Shown here piece by piece: positions 40,171 to 50,946 of a stretch of DNA of 64,000 bases (position 1 is the stretch's first letter; the number at the start of each line of letters is the position of its first letter). The notes below the pieces were generated by a model. The model saw only the letters and a list, made by a program, of their open reading frames with translations. It was not told the DNA's origin and ran no database searches. The translations under genes and the position numbers were made by a program. This stretch comes from Eledone cirrhosa (lineage: Eukaryota): assembly GCA_964016885.1 (NCBI GenBank), contig OZ024749.1:32240001-32304000 (forward strand). The letters run 5' to 3'.

Positions 40171-40246
40171 CTACCTCTAAATATATATATATATAAAATA
40201 AAATTAAATAAATAAGTCAAATGTTTAAAATTTAGCTTCGTTTATT

Positions 40247-40301
40247 ACTGCTATATATATTTCAGTGACAGCCATCTTTGGCTGTGACCTCTTCAGGCAG
40301 T
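40247..40301 (-). ncRNA. Type I hammerhead ribozyme motif (left arm of inverted repeat)
   Basis: rc: actgc-CTGAAGA-ggtcacagcc(aaagat)ggctgtcact-GAAA-tatata-TA-gcagt. Confidence 0.72.
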
Positions 40302-40572
40302 CAGAATTAGTGGGGTAGAGACAAGTACATATGTTGTTGAGGTGTATAACTTTGTCAATACTCTTTCTATAGACTTTTGAATGAGGAATGTTCTAACAAC
40401 TGACCAATGAGAGGAGAAGAGGCCCTTTGACACTGAAATTCGTTTGTTTGAATTCATATGATTCCAGTTCCTCAGTGAAATAACAACCCAACCAGGAACT
40501 GGGCATATCAGAGTATTGACAAAATTATAGACCTCAACAACATATGTACTTGTCTATACCACACTAATTCGG

Positions 40573-40627
40573 ACTGCCTGAAGAGGTCACAGCCAAAGAT
40601 GGCTGTCACCGAAATATATATAGCAGT
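40573..40627 (+). ncRNA. Type I hammerhead ribozyme motif (right arm of inverted repeat)
   Basis: actgc-CTGAAGA-ggtcacagcc(aaagat)ggctgtcacc-GAAA-tatata-TA-gcagt, followed directly by AATAAA. Confidence 0.76.
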
Positions 40628-41056
40628 AATAAACGGAGCTAAATTTTAAACATTTGACTTTTTATTTTACATTACGCCGGAGTAACCAAACCAACCTGCG
40701 CACTTCGTCGAGTGCTCCAGCCTGCATACTGAGGTGTTGGTATACACCCAATATATACTCAAAATTTATATATATGTATATATATATATGAAAAAAGGAA
40801 AAGAATGACTTCACTTGTAGTTGGTGTTCTAAACAATTTAATTTTACAATTTTGCTATGTAGATCTAGTAAGTCCTTTGTTAACGTTGGTGGAAAGTTTT
40901 TCTTAAAAATCCTAGTTATCTTTCTGGAGAACTTTCTCGCATTTATCAGTGGCAATTATCAAACTGATCTAACTTTGTGTTGTAATGTGTTGCTCTCTTT
41001 ATATATATATCATCATCATCACCGTTTAGTATCCGTTTTTCCATTCTTGCATGAGA

Positions 41057-41464
41057 CAAAGGTATTAATAGAAAAATCAACCCTCTTTCATCAAAGAATG
41101 GTTTATTCTATACAATTGTTTCGAATGAAATGTGACCTTGAATTAATTATTCAATGTTGTTGCAGAAATTCGTTTTACATTGTTCATCCATGGAGTAGAT
41201 GTGTTTATATGATCTCAGCTCATTCTCATATGAGAGAAAGAAGTAGCCAACAGCGAAGGATTTATCACTGAAAGATTTTGTTGCCTTATCATGGGATATA
41301 TTACTTACTTTCTCATCTTAAGCATCAAGCCTATACCATTGTAAAAACAATTCTGAAACAACATTTGAATCATTAATTCATGGTCACATCTCATTCAAAA
41401 CAATTGTAAGAGAACAAACCATTCTTTGATGAAAGAGGACTAATTTTTCCATTAATACTTTTGT
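41057..41464. repeat. Diverged inverted repeat, about 110-bp arms
   Basis: ctctttcatcaaagaatggttt / aaaccattctttgatgaaagag. Confidence 0.8.
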
Positions 41465-41658
41465 TTATATACGCTGTGCTTTTTTTTATATGTATAACTA
41501 CTCTTCCACACTATTATCTGTTCTTCTCCAAACTTTTTTATACGTATATCATATAAAGCATTGGGCTATTCCTTTCTCTGAAAAGCTGGCAACTACATTC
41601 TATAAGTTTAATTCTCCTTTGAGAATTGATAATACAGTTCTAACTTTGATATATACAT

Positions 41659-41849
41659 CAGACCTGTCAACTCTCCCTGTCCAATGGGGAGATATCCTAT
41701 CCTCTTTGAGGTGGGTAAGAGAAGTCTTCTCTTGTGAAAATGGGTATAGCTTTCATTATGTAAAATCTCTCCATTTTGCCTTATTTCTCTCCGTTTGAGG
41801 GCCCTTTTTTTCATGGTACTCCCTGTTTGAGTATTTAGAGGTTGGCAGG

Positions 41850-41853
<4 letters not shown>
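41659..41853. mobile_element. Small hAT-like MITE
   Basis: cagacctgtcaac ... gttggcaggtctg TIRs; near-identical 8-bp flanks atatacat/atatatat. Confidence 0.55.
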
Positions 41854-41896
<43 letters not shown>

Positions 41897-41986
41897 GTTT
41901 GGCATGGTTTCTAACACCAACAACTTTACATCATGTACTGGGTATATTTTTTTTTTAATCCTTTTTTTTTTTGTCTTCTCTGATAG

Positions 41987-42129
41987 GTATGAGATAGTGT
42001 TCCATGGTACCTCTGAATCCCAAATAAGGGTCTCCTTCAGAGGAGAACTGATGAAGTATACATTGCTTGATTGCTTTGACTTTGATTCTGACAGAAAGCG
42101 GATGAGTGTTGTTGTGAAGGATATGAAAG
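41987..42129 (+). CDS. ATP11: ATP11-like exon: YEIVFHG...FDFDSDRKRMSVVVKD
   Basis: tgatag| ... |gtaagg, 143 nt; F.S.RKRMSV motif. Confidence 0.94.
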
Positions 42130-42334
42130 GTAAGGGAAGGGAATGTCCCTTTTTCTTGTTGCTATTGTTTTTTGTTTTAGTTTTTGTATTTAAAATTTTT
42201 TTTTATTTCTTCATCTTCATCTACTGCTATTATATGTATATGTGTATGAGTACACATGTGTATGTGTTACTGCTCACACACCTATGCAGGTTTAGCTGGC
42301 CTCCTCCAAGGTATATCTCATTGGAGGTGTCTTC

Positions 42335-42482
42335 TCATTTCTACAGCTGAGTGAGTAAACTGGAGCAACGGGAAATAAAGTGTCTTGCTCAAGGAAACAA
42401 CACATCACCCGGTCCAAGAATTGAACTCACAACCTTTCGATTGCAAGGCCAATCAATGCTCTAACCACTAAGCCATGCACCT
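42335..42482 (-). mobile_element. Partial family B SINE (a related partial copy lies at 62540-62686)
   Basis: CORE-like and head motifs. Confidence 0.7.
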
Positions 42483-42490
42483 TGACTACA

Positions 42491-42540
<50 letters not shown>

Positions 42541-42677
42541 AGTCCAGAATTAGCCATCGAAACGGCTTGAGCTCAGCCGTCGGGGTGCTACTCGTTCCTA
42601 TTACCCACTCTACTACCCTAAGTATTGAGTACTTTGGTGCGGTATGGTCCACCTGGTTCCTTACCACATTTCCTTCG

Positions 42678-42744
<67 letters not shown>

Positions 42745-43490
42745 GATTTCTGATTTAGGCACAAGGCTAGCAATTTGGGGAAAGGGAAAAGTCAATTAAA
42801 TTAACCCCAGTGCATGACTGGTACTTTATTTTATCCACCCAGTAAGTATGAGGGGCAAAGCTAACCTTGGTAGGATTTGAACTCAGAACCTAAAAAGCCA
42901 TAACTAAACATTGCAAAACATTTTGTCTGACGCTCTTAGGATTCTACCAATCCAATGATAATTGTGAAGGTCTGATGTAGATGTTCATAATTCTTTTATT
43001 CATAAAGCTATAATACATATTTCAATGCCATTCATGACTACGCAATGCTGCAATCACACAACCAGTAATGCTACATCTTCAGACAGCATCTTATACAATA
43101 ATTGTTTCTACTTTAGGCACAAGGCCAGCAATGACCCCAGTGCATTACTGGTGCTTTATTTTATCGACCCCCGTAAAGATGAAAGGCAAAGTTAACCTCG
43201 GCGGGATTTGAACTCAGAACGTAAAGTGCCGTAACTCAGTGCTGCAATGCATGTTGTTCAGTGCTCTACTGATATTGCCAATCCACCACAGCATCTTATA
43301 CAATAATTATTTCTACTTTAGGCACAAGGCCAGCAATTATCCAGTACATTACTGGTACTTTATTTTATCGACCCCGTAAGGATGAAAGGCAAAGTTAACC
43401 TCGGTGGGATTTGAACTCAGATCGTAAAGGGATGTAACTACGCTGGAAAGCATGTCTGACCCTCTACTGATATTGCCAATTCACCGCCCT
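42745..43490 (-). mobile_element. Three family A SINE copies (42745-42955, and a tandem pair 43100-43490)
   Basis: Family motifs; cttatacaataat repeated at the junctions. Confidence 0.8.
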
Positions 43491-43572
43491 TATACAATAA
43501 TGTTATGTTGCCAGGTATATATTTACCTATATACCTACTAATGTATCAATGTGTATGTATGCTGTTTTTCAG

Positions 43573-43676
43573 GTGAAATCCACCTTCTCTGCAAGGGAGC
43601 AGAGTGTTCCATTATGGACAGAATTGTCAGTGGCCAGAAATGTTTAATTTCCCAGCATATAAATTATTATGCAAAG
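43573..43676 (+). CDS. ATP11: ATP11-like exon: (G)EIHLLCKGAECSIMDR...HINYYAK
   Basis: tttcag| ... |gtaaga, 104 nt; KGAE motif; donor is reiterated downstream (see findings). Confidence 0.92.
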
Positions 43677-44190
43677 GTAAGACATCTCTTACACCTTTAT
43701 TATGCACTATTATGCAAAGGTAAGACATCTCTACCTTTGCACTATTATGCAAAGGTAAGACATCTCCTTCACCTTTATTATGCACTATTATGCAAAGGTA
43801 AGACATCTCTACCTTTGTACTATTATGCAAAGGTAAGACATCTCTACCTTTGTACTATTATGCAAAGGTAAGACATCTCTACCTTTGCACTATTATGCAA
43901 AGGTAAGACATCTCTTACACCTTTATTATGCACTATTATGCAAAGGTAAGACATCTCTTACACCTTTATTATGCACTATTATGCAAAGGTAAGACATCTC
44001 TACCTTTGCACTATTATGCAAAGGTAAGACATCTCCTTCACCTTTATTATGCACTATTATGCAAAGGTAAGACATCTCTACCTTTGTACTATTATGCAAA
44101 GGTAAGACATCTCTACCTTTGTACTATTATGCAAAGGTAAGACATCTCTACCTTTGCACTATTATGCAAAAGTAAGACATCTCTTACACT
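43665..44190 (+). repeat. 35/43-bp minisatellite built from the exon end and its splice donor, 14 copies
   Basis: tattatgcaaag|gtaagacatctc. Confidence 0.95.
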
Positions 44191-45234
44191 GTTCTATTTG
44201 CTGTTGTTGTTTAGCCCTAGGTCAGCCCTGATTGAGTACACTTATTACCTTTCTGAGGCATTGTGTATCTAGGATTGCATTATTGTTATGTTCCACTCAT
44301 TTTTTAAATGGTAAAATGTAACTTGAGAGAGATTTGTGTACTACTTCTAGCATGTCGAGCAACTATATAGAGGTTAGCTAAATAAATAAAAATTGACAAA
44401 ACAAATATGATAGATGTCTGTCTCAACCCCAGAGGCTCATTAGGCCGGTGCTTATTCCAGTTCCTGTGGCTTGAAGTGACTGAGTATACAAGATGTTCAT
44501 TGCAGTTATTGCTGGTACTCCTTTTCAGCTGAGTTTACTGGAGCAATGTGAAATGAAGTGTTTTGCTCAAGAACACAACACTCAACCCAGCCCAGGAATT
44601 GAACCAACGATATTATGATTATAAGTCCAACACACTTACCACTAGGGCATGTGCCTCCAATTTTGGTACCAACCCAACCCAACCCAACCCAAACAAAAAT
44701 GGCTCTGGTTCTATGAAACAAAATCACCCATGTTCATAAATCCAACACACTTACCACTAGGACACATTGAAAAGTGAATACAAAATCATGATGATGATGA
44801 TGATGATGATGATGATAATGGTGGTGGTAGTACTGATGGTGATGATGATGATGATTGTCTCTTTACCAATTCCAGCATCTAATCATTCAAAGAATTATCT
44901 AAAACATAATTTTGTTTGATTCAAAGCAGGATTTCTCAATTAATTTAGTTCATAGAATCACTTACTTTAAACAAGATGCTTCTTTTACTTTGTCAGCTAT
45001 CTTTGTTCTTATAAGACAAGATAAAAACCTGTGCTACTTTAATAGTTCTTATATATGCATGTATGGTCCCGTAACTTCTGATAGAGTTGTTGGGGCACCA
45101 TATTAACGCACAACATTTCTTGGGCATTTTAAGCCTGGTGGAGTCCATCCCTTTCCAGGTCTGAATTCAGTAGATTTCTTCCAGAGAAAGATAGAAAGTG
45201 AGAGAGAGGAAATGAGAAAGAGATATAGGAGAAG

Positions 45235-45395
45235 AATCGACCCCAGTACTAGACTAGTAATTTTTGTATCGACCTTGAAATGATGAAAGGCGAAGTTGAT
45301 CCCGTTGGGATTTGAACTGAAAAAGCAGAGAGTCGCAACAAATGCCATAAAGCATTCTATCCAACGTTCTAATGACTCTGCCAATTTCCCCCCTC
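45235..45395 (-). mobile_element. Diverged family A-related SINE
   Basis: tatcgacc..gatgaaaggcgaagttga..gggatttgaact..ctctgccaat. Confidence 0.65.
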
Positions 45396-45509
45396 TAGAA
45401 CTGTTCTTATAATATCTGACAAAAACCTGTGCTGCTGTAATAGCTGTTCTTATAATACCAAACAAAAACCTATGTTGCTGTAATATTTGTGTTATTTTTG
45501 TTGTTTCAG

Positions 45510-45623
45510 TTGGGTCTTCGAACCTTGGTGATTGCTAGGAAACCCCTTACACTTCAGCAATACACAGACTACAAAGATAAAATCTCTATTGCAAAGAAGG
45601 ATTTGAGAAACCGTGAAGAAATG
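45510..45623 (+). CDS. ATP11: ATP11-like exon: LGLRTLVIARK...DLRNREEM
   Basis: tttcag| ... |gtaact, 114 nt; GLRTL motif. Confidence 0.94.
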
Positions 45624-45897
45624 GTAACTATGACTTCTAAAATTATATATTTATTGACCTATCAAACTTTTTCCTACTAAACTAGCTCTAAGGAGTTGTG
45701 ACCAATAGATTGTATCAGCAATGGAAAGACCAATCGAAATATTGTTTCCTTGGTTCTATTTCACCAGTTGCATTTCACTCAGTAAGCAAATGAGGTATGG
45801 GATCTTGTTGATTGATTCCCTAAACCCCCTAGTTCTACGAAACAAAACTACCCTTTAATTAAAGGTGTAATTCATTAGAAATCTGTTTGCGAAGGGG

Positions 45898-46091
45898 TTT
45901 AGCATTTAAACAGGTCATATCCAGCCAGAATTCTCTCAACTCTTTCTGTTCAAACTGACCCTAACCGACTGTAACTGGCCACTCATACTGATGTTAATGT
46001 ATTGTTCTCAAAATAAATAATATCAAAATCTCATAGATTTGATATTATGAAAATATAGTAGTAAATATAGAGTAATGTAAATGTTAAAGGG
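45898..46091. mobile_element. Copy of the piggyBac-type MITE family
   Basis: Shared internal sequence; ends in aaaggg|TTAA. Confidence 0.72.
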
Positions 46092-46766
46092 TTAAAGCTC
46101 GGTCTTACAGATGAAAGATGTTCCAATATTTACATATATATTTCAATTGGTTGAATACCTGTGATCTAGAACCATGCTATATTTAATAAAATAATCTAAT
46201 ACCTCATCCAATCAGCTATCTCACCACAACTGCTACATGCATATTAACAAGCTGCTTGAAACTGTCCCTGATTATACAATAAAAAACTGTTTTAAAGTGT
46301 TTTATATTTATTTAAAAACCTTCATAATTTATATAAGTATCTTTAAGTTATGTTCCAAACACCAGTTTAATAATGAGAAATTTAGTTGCTATTAAATCCA
46401 TCAGAAGTTTTGGTTCTTTTCATAATTATTTGAAAATCATGGGCTTAAGAACTACATCTAATACATATCCAAGTTAGTGTAATCTTAAGATTTTACTGTC
46501 TTGTCAAAAGTAAAGTAATGGAAGATATTTTCAAGTCTGAATACTTTAAATATTGTATTCCTTTGGTCACAAAACCCCCACCACATCCCAAAGATTTTTA
46601 AACAAATACAAGTACTATTTAATATATCATAAGTATATAAATTAAGTACCAGTATATATAGATGTATCTGTAAAGTATGCAACTGAAGTCTCTTGAACTT
46701 ATGTTATTACCATGTTTCTAACGATTATACACTGTTGATGTATTTCAGTTAATTTTCTTTCTTCTT

Positions 46767-46854
<88 letters not shown>

Positions 46855-46934
46855 TACTACTACTACTACTACTACTAATACTATTTCTACTACTACTACT
46901 ACTACTACTACTTCTATTATTATTATTATTATTG

Positions 46935-48055
46935 TTATTTGAGTCTCAGTCATTGATGTTAGTTAACTGGAAAGTTTGTTGAAATGTATATCAAGCCACT
47001 ACCTGCAGCCTCAGATATTCAGGACGTATCGGAGGGTTCTTGCTGTTCCCAGCAAGCATGCCTTTTGAAGTGTTCCAAAAAGTGGGACGGGGCCAATTTT
47101 CTTTAACCAACCCTGGAAACTCTTTGAGATAGTACCTAGTGCACCTATGACAATCGGGACCACTTTGACCTCATGGCAGTTCCAAATCCTTTTTACCTCC
47201 CACTTTAAGTCCTGGTATCGGTTAATTTTCTCCCTCTCCTTCTCTTGCACTCTCGTGTCGAATGGGCAGGCCACATCCACAATCAGGCACGATCTTTTTT
47301 CCTTGTCCAAAACCACCAGGTCAGGTCTATTGTGTTCCAGTTTCTTGTCCGTCTGTATCCTAAAATCCCACAGCACCTTCACCTGATCGTTTTCTATCAC
47401 CGACTCTGGCTTATGCTCATACCACTTCTCAGAATGTGGTAAATTGTTTACTTTGCATAGGTGCCAGTGGATCACCTGCCCATCACATCATGTCTCCAGC
47501 CTTTATAGTGAATCTGGGCTAGGTGTTTACACTCGGATACAATGTGAGCCACAGTCTCCTCTCTCTCTCTCCACAGATCCTACACAGTGGGCTAGCCTCC
47601 TCCTTGTAAATATGGTGTTTCAACCACTTCGTTTTGAGGGCCTGCTCTTGCGCAGCCATTAGCATTCCTTCTGTAGCCTTTTTAAGGTCTCCTCTTTTCA
47701 ACCAGTTCCATGTCTGTGGATCTCTGAATTCCGTTTTCTCAAAGAAGGTACTATGAAGGGATTTTTCATGAAGGTTGCTCTTTCTCCTTGTTGTTATTTC
47801 CTCCTTGGACATCCCCTGGTCTATTGTCCTCTCCTTCAGTACAATTCTAAGCATTGGCTCCTTACTATCAGTCACGTATTTGTGTAGGTTGTTTTTCTCC
47901 ATCTGAACACAGTCCTCTATGCTGATAAGACCTCTTCCACCTTCAGATCTCCTTAAATAGAGTCTATCGACATCACTCCTCTTGTGGAACATGTTGTAGA
48001 TAGTCAATAGCTTCCTAGTCATCCTATCCATTTCTTTTCCATTCATCTTCCTATC

Positions 48056-48058
<3 letters not shown>
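46935..48058 (-). mobile_element. 5'-truncated R4/Dong-like non-LTR element (RLE type), frameshifted
   Basis: DRLYL.RSEGGRGL, AAQEQAL, C..C knuckle, LWDF.IQTD, RPDLVV..D...K..Y restriction-like endonuclease, LQKACLLGTA; flanked by (TAA)n-type repeats. Confidence 0.88.
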
Positions 48059-48104
<46 letters not shown>

Positions 48105-48338
48105 GTTGCATTTATCTGGCTTTATGTTCATACGAGTTATCACCAAGAGACAACAAGGTCCGCCATGTTCAAGAAAGAACATACATATTCACACATGCAT
48201 CTTTAGTGTTTAGACTTGTGATGTACTTATATTGACAGAATCTTCCTTAGTATATGGGCAGTTCCCATTAGTACTATCTTTTGTATTTCTCCTATACGCG
48301 GGTTTCCTAGGATTTGCGATAAGTAATCATTAGACCTT
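48105..48338 (-). mobile_element. 3' end of a second R4/Dong-like element
   Basis: rc encodes YLSQILGNPRIGEIQKIVLMGTAHILRKILSI*, followed by a short UTR and (TAA)n. Confidence 0.7.
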
Positions 48339-48348
48339 ATTATTATTA

Positions 48349-48529
48349 TGGATTGGCAGTATCGGTAGAGGGTCTGACGTTATGCTTTGCAGCAAAGAGT
48401 TACGCCCCTTAATGGTTTGAGTTCAAATCCCGCCGAAGTTAACTTTGCCTTTCATCCTTACGGGGTCGATAAAATAAAGTACCAGTAATGTATTGGGTTA
48501 TTGCTGGCCTTGTGCCAAAAGTAGAAACA

Positions 48530-48530
<1 letters not shown>
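48349..48530 (+). mobile_element. Family A SINE whose (ATT)n tail abuts an exon acceptor
   Basis: ggattggcag...gagttcaaatcccgccg...agtagaaacaa(tta)n. Confidence 0.85.
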
Positions 48531-48573
<43 letters not shown>

Positions 48574-48574
48574 G

Positions 48575-48697
48575 CTTTCCAAGGTGTTCAATGATGTGGA
48601 AAATGATTTCATTCTTCTGGGAGCAACTGGTGTTGAAGATAAACTCCAGGATGGTGTTCCAGAGACAATGACTTGTTTGAGAGATGCAGGTATCAAG
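48575..48697 (+). CDS. ATP11: ATP11-like exon: [41 protein letters not shown]
   Basis: (att)n taag| ... |gtatgt, 123 nt; an in-frame alternative AG would start the exon at 48584. Confidence 0.9.
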
Positions 48698-48741
48698 GTA
48701 TGTAGTAGATATTCTCTTCACACACACACATATACATATGC

Positions 48742-48774
<33 letters not shown>

Positions 48775-48823
48775 CATATATATATGTATATATATGTATA
48801 TATATGTATATATATATATGTAC

Positions 48824-48925
<102 letters not shown>

Positions 48926-49354
48926 ATTTATATATATATGTGTATGTATATATATATATATATATATATAAAGGTTTACATATATATATATATAAAATCA
49001 TAGATATATATGTGTTTTGCATCGGGTCACTTTGTGGCTCAATGTAGAATTAATAAATTAAATAATCAGAGCTATATATCATAAAACATGTCTATAGAAT
49101 CACCAGATAAAATATATACCGTTTCCTCTCCCAATTAGCATAATTAACCATATAAAAAATCAATTAGACCAAGCTATAAGAATAAAGACTCCTATGAAGA
49201 AATCTCCGACAAATAACCGAAAGCAGCCCTTTGCGGCGGTTGCGACGGAGTATTTATTGAGTATTTCGACAGCGTGTATAAATGGACCAGATATACAGTC
49301 AACTAAACAGAATTAGGTGTAAAATAAACTAGAAGAAAAGTGTACATATTTAGT

Positions 49355-49434
49355 TACCTCTACCATGGTTTCGTCCGCATTTTAAGATATCCGATAACAT
49401 TGGAAATCTAGAGTTTCGGATTCTTCAGGAGTTA
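49355..49434 (-). ncRNA. Type I hammerhead ribozyme motif (slightly degenerate, long stem II)
   Basis: rc: taactc-CTGAAGA-atccg...cggac-GAAA-ccatgg-TA-gaggta. Confidence 0.62.
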
Positions 49435-49554
49435 GTTCAAATTTAGACAATTAATTTTCCAAAGTGATCGCGCCAAGAATACATTCAAAAATGGCTAATA
49501 TATATATTTATGAAAATAAATCAAAGAAGCCTTCAATACATCAAAAGTCTTTAT

Positions 49555-49596
49555 TAGCCAACAATGTTTCGTCCTATTAAGGACTCATCAGGGCAA
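49555..49596 (-). ncRNA. Type I hammerhead ribozyme motif
   Basis: rc: gcc-CTGATGA-gtcc(ttaata)ggac-GAAA-cattg-TT-ggc, then taataaa. Confidence 0.75.
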
Positions 49597-49603
49597 TTAA
49601 AGC

Positions 49604-49647
<44 letters not shown>

Positions 49648-49659
49648 ATATATATATCA

Positions 49660-49950
49660 GGAGGCACATGGCTTAGTGGTTAGAGCATTGGTCTTGCAAT
49701 CGAAAGGTTGTGAGTTCAATTCTCAGACCGGGTGATGTCTTGTTTCCTTGAGCAAGACACTTTACTCAGCTGTAGAAATGAGATGATAGGGATTGGGGTC
49801 CATATCATTCCACTGCAAAGCACCCACCACTCACTGTAAATGAGGTTGGCATTAGGAAGGGCATCCAGCTGTAGAACTCAAGCCAGAATCAGTTCCCGTC
49901 CCACTCTTGCAAGCAGGGAAAAACCAGACGTAAAATGAAATGATGAAATG
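49660..49950 (+). mobile_element. Family B SINE
   Basis: Same head, core (partly deleted) and tail. Confidence 0.82.
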
Positions 49951-50145
49951 ATGATATATATACTACCAAAATTAGATTAAAGATGCCATGTCTGAGAATA
50001 TCAGAAGCATGTATCATGTGGAATAAGCTCAAAGATTCCAAGTATTTATTAACAAGATTCGAGCATTTATTAACATTAAATTAAAAGTCGATTGACATAT
50101 ATATATAAAATAAACACATCAAACAATTACAGGGGATAATTTGTA

Positions 50146-50348
50146 AAGTAGAAGGAAGACACAGTAGAGGTAGACCACGAAAAACATGGGCGGAGGTGAT
50201 GAGAGCAGACCTCAGATCGCTGAAACTCACCAAGGAGATGACGAAGGACCGTGACAAGTGGAGAGATGCTGTGCTGAATAGGACCTGTTCAACTCTTGCA
50301 AGCAGGGAAAAGTGGACGTAAAATGATGATGATGATGATGATGATGAT
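50146..50348 (+). mobile_element. RTE LINE 3' fragment lying between the arms of an inverted repeat
   Basis: VEGRHSRGRPRKTWAEV... plus gcaagcagggaaaagtggacgtaaaa(tga)n. Confidence 0.85.
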
Positions 50349-50529
50349 TAAACATAATATATCCTCTGTAATTGTTTGATGTGTTTATTTTATATATATA
50401 TGTCAATCGACTTTTAATTTAATGTTGTATATATATTATATATATCATAATATCATCATCATCATCATATATATATGATGTTGATGTTGATAATGGTGTA
50501 TTATGCTGGGACCTTATTTTAATTGTTAG

Positions 50530-50699
50530 ATCTGGGTCCTGACTGGAGACAAAGAAGAGACAGCAGTAAATATCAGCTATTCTGCCAGACATTTTGAAGA
50601 AGGAACATTTGAACTTCGCCTCACAAACTTCAACATTTCCAGAAGTTCTGATCTCGTAGACTGCCGTATTGAGTTAAAGAAACACCTAGAAATTGTCAA
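50530..50699 (+). CDS. ATP11: ATP11-like exon: IWVLTGDKEETAVNISYSA...
   Basis: tgttag| ... |gtaaga, 170 nt; WVLTGDK.ETA motif. Confidence 0.94.
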
Positions 50700-50899
50700 G
50701 TAAGAATACCACATTTTTTATATATATATACTGTGTCTATGTTGGTGTTGTTATTGTGGTGGTTATTATTGTTGTTTTTCGTCAACACATGCACACACAC
50801 ACACATACACAAAAGTACTTCATTATACATATATGCATACGCCAAACTATTGACAGATTTACAAACACACAAGCATTAAGGTTCTTTACTGCACACATC

Positions 50900-50941
<42 letters not shown>

Positions 50942-50946
50942 ATATA

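Larger units (their letters stand above)
40213..40661. repeat. Inverted repeat, about 150-bp arms and about 145-bp spacer
   Basis: aagtcaaatgtttaaaattt...tgtcaatactct / agagtattgaca...aaattttaaacatttgactt. Confidence 0.9.

Noticed and set aside
49190-49285. TGAAGA...ctccg/cggag...GACA hammerhead-like relic
   Set aside because: Core nucleotides are mutated and helix I is not evident.
49660-49735. tRNA gene
   Set aside because: A/B boxes are present, but the sequence continues into a CORE-like body and LINE tail and is multi-copy; it is a SINE head.
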